A stretch of DNA of 64,000 bases, taken from IMG/VR virus record IMGVR_UViG_2848385391_000003; one strand, given 5' to 3'. The translations under genes and the position numbers were made by a program. Positions 57,269 through 64,000 of the stretch are shown in pieces. The notes under the pieces were generated by a model. That model saw only the letters and a list, made by a program, of their open reading frames with translations, was not told where the DNA came from and did not search any database. This DNA is from a virus (Duplodnaviria; Caudoviricetes). How positions within the stretch are numbered: position 1 is the first letter of the stretch; every line of letters starts with the position of its first letter.

Positions 57269-58095
57269 AACAATTTGGCCGACGCTATCAGTTGGCGCTG
57301 GGCAATCCAAACGATGGCGTGCTGATCGACGCGCTACGCGTCTCGTTTGACATCACCAAAACCATTGACGCGAAGCCCAATCCTGCTCAAATCTGTATAT
57401 GGAACCTCAATCGCACGCATCTTAATCAGCTCTTAAGCGGCAGGTTTAAACGGATCGCTTTATCTGTGGGCTATGCAGAGCTGCGCTTACTCTATACCGG
57501 CGACATTCTCAAAGCCACGCTACAGCGCGATGGACTCGATTCGATTCTGGTGCTGGAGTGCGCCGATGGTGACACCGATTATCGGCATGCGCGTGTCTCA
57601 CTCACTTTGAAAGCAGGTGCATCCGATCAGCAGGCGCTCCAGCAGCTTGCGCAATCATTGGATCAAACCCAACTCGGTACGGTGGCTCCAGGCCGACCCA
57701 ATAGCCTGCCTCGTGGGCGCATCTTTTGCGGCAATACCCGCGATGCATTGAGTCAGCTCGCTCAAGCCAATCATGCCGACTGGTCGATTCAGGATGGCGA
57801 ATTGCTGATGCTACCTGCCCAGCAGGTGTTAGCGGATGAAGCTGTTTTGATTTCACAAGACACCGGCATGATCGGCGCTCCTGAAGCGAGCGAAGACGGG
57901 CTTATCGTTACCACCTTACTGAATCCCGCCATCCGCATCGGCAGCTTAGTGCGCGTGCACTCTGTCACCGAATCCTTCAATGGCGATTATAAAATCGTCA
58001 GCGTCTCACATTGTGGCGATACCTATGGCGACGAGTGGCTCACAACAATAACGGCTGTAGGCGGTGCCTTTACGCCTATTAAGGATCAATCATGA
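57265..58095 (+). CDS. Baseplate hub protein
   Basis: Homologue of 14036-14866. Confidence 0.78.
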   Translation: MKQFGRRYQLALGNPNDGVLIDALRVSFDITKTIDAKPNPAQICIWNLNRTHLNQLLSGRFKRIALSVGYAELRLLYTGDILKATLQRDGLDSILVLECADGDTDYRHARVSLTLKAGASDQQALQQLAQSLDQTQLGTVAPGRPNSLPRGRIFCGNTRDALSQLAQANHADWSIQDGELLMLPAQQVLADEAVLISQDTGMIGAPEASEDGLIVTTLLNPAIRIGSLVRVHSVTESFNGDYKIVSVSHCGDTYGDEWLTTITAVGGAFTPIKDQS

Positions 58096-58793
58096 AATGG
58101 CATACCCCTTCCTTAGATGCCGCTATTGAAGCCAGCATCACCGCTGCCCTCAAAAAGCTGCATGTCGCCTTGCCGGGTCGGATTGTGAGTTTTGATTCCA
58201 GTACGCAAACCGCTTCCGTGCAGCCATTGATCGAGCAACTTTTACAGAACGATCAAGCGGCTCCTTTGCCTATGCTCACCGATGTGCCGGTGCACTTTCC
58301 ACGTGGCGGGGCGTTTGTCATGACCTTTCCGGTTGCGCCAGGCGATGAATGCCTCATTCTCTTTGCTGAACGCTGTATTGATGGATGGTTTGCCAGTGGG
58401 CAATCGAGCATTCCGCTGGATTATCGTCTGCATGATCTCTCTGATGGCTTTGCGTTAGTCGGGTTTTCTTCTTTACCCAAAGTGATTCCCGATTTATCGA
58501 ATGACGCAATGATGATGCGCATGCTCGATGGCAGCGCTTACTTTAAATTGGATCAAGCGGGGAACATGACGATCAAAGGCACCCAATTGACGATTCAATG
58601 CCCTGTTGTCGTTGAACAGCTTTTAACCTACCAAGCCGGTTTGAGCGGTACCGGCAGCGCAGAAACTGGCACGACCATTACTGGCAATATTTCGCATAGC
58701 GGAGGTGAACTCAGCTCCAACGGCGTGACGCTGCACGCTCACCGGCATGGCGGCGTCGAAGCGGGTGGGGATACCACTGGTGGGCCGCAATGA
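58092..58793 (+). CDS. Baseplate spike
   Basis: Homologue of 14863-15564; HAHRH. Confidence 0.85.
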   Translation: MKWHTPSLDAAIEASITAALKKLHVALPGRIVSFDSSTQTASVQPLIEQLLQNDQAAPLPMLTDVPVHFPRGGAFVMTFPVAPGDECLILFAERCIDGWFASGQSSIPLDYRLHDLSDGFALVGFSSLPKVIPDLSNDAMMMRMLDGSAYFKLDQAGNMTIKGTQLTIQCPVVVEQLLTYQAGLSGTGSAETGTTITGNISHSGGELSSNGVTLHAHRHGGVEAGGDTTGGPQ

Positions 58794-59137
58794 AAGTCAG
58801 AAGACTCGATGTAAACCACGACTGGACCTTTGGGCAAGGACGCGCCAATTATGCAACCCTCGCTGAATCGGTCGCCCAGCGCGTTAAATCTCGCTTACTG
58901 TCATTTCAGGGTGATTGGTTTTTGGATTTAGAACATGGCCTACTTTGGCTACCCACCTTTGAGCGACCGGCGGATTTGCGGCAGATTGAACATCTTGTAA
59001 AACGCACGATTTTACACACGCACGGGGTACGCGAGCTTCTGAATTTAGAGTTGGAATGGGACCCTAGCACGCGTCGTTTAACCATTACTGCCCAGCTTAA
59101 AGATCACGATGATCAATTGATCGACATCACGAATTAG
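58790..59137 (+). CDS. gp25-like baseplate protein
   Basis: Homologue of 15561-15908. Confidence 0.78.
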   Translation: MKVRRLDVNHDWTFGQGRANYATLAESVAQRVKSRLLSFQGDWFLDLEHGLLWLPTFERPADLRQIEHLVKRTILHTHGVRELLNLELEWDPSTRRLTITAQLKDHDDQLIDITN

Positions 59138-59150
59138 AGTTACCCCAAAA

Positions 59151-59195
59151 AACAAAAGCCCCGAACTGTAACCAGCAGTCGGGGCTTTTTTTGTT
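59151..59195 (+). terminator. Strong, potentially bidirectional terminator hairpin inside the baseplate cluster
   Basis: AAAAGCCCCGAACTG-TAACCAG-CAGTCGGGGCTTTTTTT. Confidence 0.7.
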
Positions 59196-59270
59196 CCCGC
59201 TTTTCAAACGAAACAAAAACATATGAGACATAAGGATATACGATTGACTTTCAAAATACTAGGAATATCG

Positions 59271-59411
59271 ATGGAAACTGTCAATATCAAACCCAAAGAG
59301 TTACGCAAAATATTACAGCTCGGGTTAGCGAGTCTCGCTATTTGGCGCTTGCCCGACATCATGACCGTCTTATTTTCGGGCATCTGCTCCCTCATCCAAA
59401 CGATACGATAA
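59271..59411 (+). CDS. Small hydrophobic protein (46 aa; alternative start 59223)
   Basis: TAGGA RBS, METV...IWRLPDI; stop abuts the baseplate J ATG. Confidence 0.6.
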   Translation: METVNIKPKELRKILQLGLASLAIWRLPDIMTVLFSGICSLIQTIR

Positions 59412-60557
59412 ATGGCGCATCTCACTGAACAAGGTTTCATCGTTGGGCGACTGGATGCCAATCTCGCTCAGCTCGATGCAGGGTTTAGAGCCATTTACGG
59501 TGCGGATATTAATACCGATCCGGATAGCCCCGATGGGCAACTCATTGGCCTCATCGCCCAAATCAAAACCGATCTGGAAGAGCTTGCTGAATCCATTTAT
59601 AAAGCACTCGATCCTGAAGCCGCCAGTGGCGTTTGGCTTGAACAGCGCGTCGCCTATGCCGGACTCACGCGCAGGCAAGCGCGCTATAGCTATCTACGCA
59701 ATGCGATCTTGACCGGCACACCTCGTACGTTGATTCCGGCAGGCGCAGTACTGACCGATCCGCATCATCGACGGTGGATTGTCGTGGCCGATACGACGCT
59801 GAATGAAAATGGTTCCGCTCAGGCCGACTTAAGAAGTGGAACGCTCGGCGCATTTCCTCTGCCCGCAGAGACCACTCTATCGATTGAAACTCTCTTTTTA
59901 GGCTGGCGCTCCGCTCAAAGCAGTCAAGCCGCAGAAGTCGGAGAAGAGGAAGAAACCGATGCCGAGCTGCGACGCCGTTTCTTTATTAGCCGTGCAAAAG
60001 CCGCTCAAAACTCCGTCGATGGGATGATCGTTAAGCTCTTACAGCTCGCCGATGTCCGGCAAGCCGTCTGTTTAGAAAATGACAGTGATCGAACCGATGC
60101 GAACGATGTCCCCGCGCATAGCCTCAATATGATTGTAGAGGGCGGCTCGGATGCCGAAATTGCTCAGGTGATCTTTGAGAATAAAACCGCTGGCACAGGA
60201 CTACGCGGCTCGGTGCAAACGCAGATTCTCGACAACACAGGTATGGCGCGCTCAATCCGTTTTGATCGGCCTGCTGTCGTCGCTTGCGCCGCTTATCTCG
60301 AAGTGCGACGCAATGCCCATTTTACGGCGGTCGACGTCGAGGCCATTAAAACCACTCTAACCAGAACCGCGTTCAGCATTGGCGAATCCGTGCTGCTCTC
60401 GCGCTTATACAGTCCCATCAATACCGTACAGGGGTTTTGGGTGGAAACACTCAACATTGGTCGACGCGGCACACCCCTCGCCGCCAACAATATTGAAATC
60501 GGCGTGCGCGAGATGGCCCGCTTTGCCCCTACGGATATTGAAGTCGTCGTGCTCTAA
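59412..60557 (+). CDS. Baseplate J/gp47 protein
   Basis: Homologue of 16156-17301. Confidence 0.88.
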   Translation: MAHLTEQGFIVGRLDANLAQLDAGFRAIYGADINTDPDSPDGQLIGLIAQIKTDLEELAESIYKALDPEAASGVWLEQRVAYAGLTRRQARYSYLRNAILTGTPRTLIPAGAVLTDPHHRRWIVVADTTLNENGSAQADLRSGTLGAFPLPAETTLSIETLFLGWRSAQSSQAAEVGEEEETDAELRRRFFISRAKAAQNSVDGMIVKLLQLADVRQAVCLENDSDRTDANDVPAHSLNMIVEGGSDAEIAQVIFENKTAGTGLRGSVQTQILDNTGMARSIRFDRPAVVACAAYLEVRRNAHFTAVDVEAIKTTLTRTAFSIGESVLLSRLYSPINTVQGFWVETLNIGRRGTPLAANNIEIGVREMARFAPTDIEVVVL

Positions 60558-60569
60558 AAATCACACACC

Positions 60570-61223
60570 ATGTCTTATGAATCACTGCTTATCTGGCAGT
60601 ATAAGGGCAAGCCCAAAGCACTCGCCACCGCACAACTGATCGATCACTATTTTAGTGACACATGGCAGGGTCTCGCCGACCTACCGAATGCGCTCCATAT
60701 TGAGACCGCTTCGGGCAAAAACCTCGATTTAGTCGGTCAACATGTCGGGCAATCTCGAGTTTTAAAAGGGCTGGCTCCACGCCACTTATTCGGCTTTGAA
60801 CGCGCACCAGGCGCTCAAAGCTTGAGTCGAACCGGTTTAGGCGGCGGCAAATGGTACCGCAAGGGCGATGTCATTACCGATTCAGTCGTGCTCGATGACG
60901 ATGACTTTCGCTTTCTCATCAAATGCCGCATCGCTAAAAACCATATGACGGGCACCGTCCCTGACATTACGCGAGCACTCGATTTTATCTTTGGCGGGCA
61001 CGCCACTGTTTATGACCAGTACGACATGGGTTTCACCGTCACCATTCGTAGCGATCAAATCACTGCCTTTAAACGCTATGCGATTCAGACTTTAGATATT
61101 TTGCCGCGCCCAGCAGGCGTCAACGTCAAATATGTCGTCTTAGCCAACATCACCGCTTTCGGATTCGCCGGCTCGCCTGGCGCATCCGCTTTTAACCATG
61201 GAAAATTTGCGAGGTATTTATGA
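60570..61223 (+). CDS. DUF2612 baseplate protein
   Basis: Homologue of 17314-17967. Confidence 0.85.
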   Translation: MSYESLLIWQYKGKPKALATAQLIDHYFSDTWQGLADLPNALHIETASGKNLDLVGQHVGQSRVLKGLAPRHLFGFERAPGAQSLSRTGLGGGKWYRKGDVITDSVVLDDDDFRFLIKCRIAKNHMTGTVPDITRALDFIFGGHATVYDQYDMGFTVTIRSDQITAFKRYAIQTLDILPRPAGVNVKYVVLANITAFGFAGSPGASAFNHGKFARYL

Positions 61224-62185
61224 CCCTTTATCAACGTCCTGATGAACATATCTTTGCTGAGGGCGCGCGCCCTGGCGAAGTTCAACCCTTTCCCGATCTC
61301 TCGCGCGGTTGGGGCGTTGCCTTTGAACAGACCGGCGGCATCCCACCGATGGAGTGGTTCAATTTTATTGGCAAACGCGCTGATGAAGCGATACGCTATC
61401 TGATGCAGCGTGGCTTGCCCGAATGGTCCGAGACCGAAGACTATCCTGAAGGCAGTTATATTCAATATTCTGGTAAAACCTATCGCGCCAAAATAGACAA
61501 TAAGGGTAAAACGCCTTCAATCAGCTTAGCTGAATGGGAGGAATGGGGCCTTACGCGTGAAGCGCTCGATGCGCACTTTCATCCCAAAGACGGTGAATTG
61601 GCCTGGCCCAAAATCACCGAAACGCCCACCACATTAGACGGTTACGGTATTACCGATGCGGCTACGGCTCAAGGTGTGCTCGACCAATTCTCACAACTTC
61701 AATTACATTGGCAAAAAATATCCAATACGCCCTCTACCGTTAGCGGATATGGCATTACTGATGCAGCACCGATCAAAAGCCCAGCGTTTGTCGGCTCGCC
61801 CACCGCGCCCACTCACCATGACCCGCGCAACCACTCGAACCAACTCGCCTCCACCGCTTTTACACAGAATGCGATCTCGGCTGCCTTTACGGGGCATAAC
61901 CAGCAAAAACTAGAAAGAATAGAAGGGTATCAGAAACTGCCGGGCGGATTCATCCTCCAATGGGGGCAACTCGGTGCGGATACGGCGGGCAATATCCATA
62001 TTATCTTCCCAACCCCTTTCTTGCACGCATGTTTTGGCGTTTACGGCATCCATATCGGTGCGGGACCTGTCATTGTGATTGAAGTGAGTGGAACCCGGTC
62101 AAACGCCGGCATCGTCCTGCGCACATTTGATACTGATGGGCGCACCGCTGCATGGCCCACTCAATGGTTTGCCATTGGATGGTAG
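61220..62185 (+). CDS. Tail fibre protein (divergent C-terminal half)
   Basis: First ~150 aa match copy A; YQKLPGGFILQWG...WFAIGW. Confidence 0.85.
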   Translation: MTLYQRPDEHIFAEGARPGEVQPFPDLSRGWGVAFEQTGGIPPMEWFNFIGKRADEAIRYLMQRGLPEWSETEDYPEGSYIQYSGKTYRAKIDNKGKTPSISLAEWEEWGLTREALDAHFHPKDGELAWPKITETPTTLDGYGITDAATAQGVLDQFSQLQLHWQKISNTPSTVSGYGITDAAPIKSPAFVGSPTAPTHHDPRNHSNQLASTAFTQNAISAAFTGHNQQKLERIEGYQKLPGGFILQWGQLGADTAGNIHIIFPTPFLHACFGVYGIHIGAGPVIVIEVSGTRSNAGIVLRTFDTDGRTAAWPTQWFAIGW

Positions 62186-62239
62186 CCGCGAAGTGAGTTC
62201 AGTCTCCCCCTTCACGCTTTTTTATTCTGGAATACCACT

Positions 62240-62677
62240 ATGACTTTTTATTATTCAAAATCGCAACCTGGTTTTTACACTCGTGAAATGCACGGGGATG
62301 CCATGCCTAAAGATGCCGTCCCCATTACCGACGAAGAATATCATGCTCTGTACAAAGAGTTAGCGAAAGGCAAAATGCTTCAATCCGATCACAGGGGATA
62401 CCCGATTGCCATTGATCGCCCTCCTATTACCCCAGAACAGTGGACTGAAATTCATTTGCGCCAACGCCGCGCTTTGATTATTGAAAGCCTGGTCAAGTCA
62501 ACGCCTTTACAAGATGCAGTAGACCTGGAGAGGGCGACAGACGAAGAAAAACAGCGCCTCAAAGCGTGGAAACTCTATCGCATTAAACTCAGCCGCATCG
62601 AGCAGCAGTCCGGCTTTCCTACTAAAATCGATTGGCCCAAGGCCCCCGAGGCCACTTCGTGGGCCACTTATCCGTAG
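62240..62677 (+). CDS. Tail fibre assembly chaperone
   Basis: PLQDAVDL..ATDEE...WKLYR...WP..P. Confidence 0.88.
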   Translation: MTFYYSKSQPGFYTREMHGDAMPKDAVPITDEEYHALYKELAKGKMLQSDHRGYPIAIDRPPITPEQWTEIHLRQRRALIIESLVKSTPLQDAVDLERATDEEKQRLKAWKLYRIKLSRIEQQSGFPTKIDWPKAPEATSWATYP

Positions 62678-62681
62678 CACT

Positions 62682-62710
62682 AAGAGCCGCCTTCATGCGG
62701 TCTTTTTTTT
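62682..62710 (+). terminator. Intrinsic terminator before the lysis cassette
   Basis: GCCGC-CTTCAT-GCGGT plus T8. Confidence 0.6.
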
Positions 62711-62729
62711 CGTCTACGCCCCTCTCAAC

Positions 62730-63155
62730 ATGACCGAAACCTTTGACAGGGCCGCTCTCATTTCAGAGCTTAAACGCGATGAAGGCGAGCGCTTTAAACC
62801 CTACTTCGATACCGTAGGCAAAATCACCATCGGCGTTGGGCGCAATCTGACGGATGGCGGCATCTCTCAGAGCGAATGCGAAATGCTTTTACACAACGAT
62901 ATTGCTCGAACGCTGAGATGGCTGGATCGGAATTTACCCTGGTGGCGGACCTTGGATGCAGTAAGGCAACGCGTACTCATCCATATGGCCTTTAACCTGG
63001 GCGGCAATCTTCTGACCTTCCGCAATACGCTCTCCGCCATGCAACGCAACGACTACGCAGCCGCGGCGAACGAAATGCTCATTTCCAAATGGGCGAATCA
63101 GGTCGGCCAACGAGCACTGCGCCTCGCCAATATGATGCGCACCGGAAAAATTTAA
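62730..63155 (+). CDS. Endolysin (GH24-like)
   Basis: Homologue of 19488-19913. Confidence 0.9.
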   Translation: MTETFDRAALISELKRDEGERFKPYFDTVGKITIGVGRNLTDGGISQSECEMLLHNDIARTLRWLDRNLPWWRTLDAVRQRVLIHMAFNLGGNLLTFRNTLSAMQRNDYAAAANEMLISKWANQVGQRALRLANMMRTGKI

Positions 63156-63171
63156 CTCTCAACATTAAAAA

Positions 63172-63468
63172 ATGAATCTTCACGAACATGATCGAACGCT
63201 GCTTGCGATATTAGCTGCGATGGGCGCTGCGATTGGGATTGGGCAGTTGCTCGCTGGCGGCGAGAAAATCACCGCTCGGTTGATTATTGGGCGCATGATT
63301 GTCGGTGCGGGTTTAAGCGTCGCCGCCAGTTCCATCCTCATGCTTCTGCCTGAACTCTCTCCGATCGCTGTCACAGGCCTCGGCGCAGCACTCGGCATTC
63401 TCGGCCAGTCCTATCTGGAATTGGCTGTACAACGCTGGTTTGGAAAACACTCAAATCATGCTGACTAA
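63172..63468 (+). CDS. Holin
   Basis: Homologue of 19930-20220. Confidence 0.8.
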   Translation: MNLHEHDRTLLAILAAMGAAIGIGQLLAGGEKITARLIIGRMIVGAGLSVAASSILMLLPELSPIAVTGLGAALGILGQSYLELAVQRWFGKHSNHAD

Positions 63469-64000
63469 TTGGCTCGCCGCTCCGTTACGCTTATTGTGCA
63501 TTGCAGCAACCGCATTCAGCTTTGGCGTGGGGTGCGCAGGCCATTTTTACTACGGCCCACGTATTCAAAAAGAACGTTCAGCGCTGGTGCACTATAAAGC
63601 TCAGCTCGCCATGGCCCATGCCCAATTGATTGAAGCCCAAGCCAAAGTCGTTATCCAAACCGAAATTCAATATCGTGATCGCATCAAAATCGTCAAGGAA
63701 AAAGGCGAGACCATTATCAAGGAGGTCCCGATCTATGTTACTCAAACTGACGCCGCCAATTTTGGCGTTAACGTTGGCTTCGTGCGCCACTACAACGCAG
63801 CTTTTTCCAACGAGCCTGCCGGAGCTGCCTCTGAGCTTGATCGAAGACCCGCCAGCGTTTCGCTTACTGAGATCGCCAAAGTCAATGCTTTTAACGCCAA
63901 TATCTGCTGGCAGTGGCGCGAGCAGGCGATTGGACTCAAGACATTTTATCGGCAGTTACAAAATGCTCAAACAGCATCCACACACGTCCTGAGCCAATAA
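63458..64000 (+). CDS. Inner-membrane spanin (Rz-like)
   Basis: Homologue of 20210-20734; TAA at the window end. Confidence 0.75.
   Translation: MLTNWLAAPLRLLCIAATAFSFGVGCAGHFYYGPRIQKERSALVHYKAQLAMAHAQLIEAQAKVVIQTEIQYRDRIKIVKEKGETIIKEVPIYVTQTDAANFGVNVGFVRHYNAAFSNEPAGAASELDRRPASVSLTEIAKVNAFNANICWQWREQAIGLKTFYRQLQNAQTASTHVLSQ
63735..63992 (+). CDS. Embedded Rz1-like lipoprotein
   Basis: MLLKLTPPILALTLASC lipobox; AGGAGG upstream. Confidence 0.7.
   Translation: MLLKLTPPILALTLASCATTTQLFPTSLPELPLSLIEDPPAFRLLRSPKSMLLTPISAGSGASRRLDSRHFIGSYKMLKQHPHTS

Larger units (their letters stand above)
26347..64000. mobile_element. Prophage B (att, cargo, int/xis, early, immunity, replication and late modules); right end outside the window
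   Basis: Lambdoid-like gene order from the tRNA-derived att to the lysis genes. Confidence 0.92.

Overview
The window holds two closely related temperate myovirus-type prophages in tandem, offset by about 43.2 kb. The host is probably a Burkholderiaceae fungal endosymbiont such as Mycoavidus; this is inferred from the protein families only. Prophage A (<1 to ~26.4 kb) contributes its late operon (terminase, head, contractile tail, baseplate, fibre, lysis) and a 1687-aa NACHT/pentapeptide/WD40 cargo gene. The junction is a duplicated 3' part of tRNA-Ser(CGA) (26347-26408) flanked on both sides by repeated arm-type motifs. Prophage B (26.35 kb to >64 kb) starts with an F-box/pentapeptide/WD40 cargo gene, followed by int/xis. 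Its early-left operon includes a 2-hydroxycarboxylate transporter broken by an IS4-family element and a frameshifted RecT. It then has a cI/cro switch with TTTACC-N4-GGTAAA operators, replication genes, RusA, a Q-like gene and a second late operon. Comparing the two copies exposes unannotated elements: a covarying antisense sRNA between terL and portal, a triple-repeat late promoter with identical spacing but different sequence, a hairpin plus small membrane ORF in the baseplate cluster, a -1 frameshift site, and a near-identical capsid tract.
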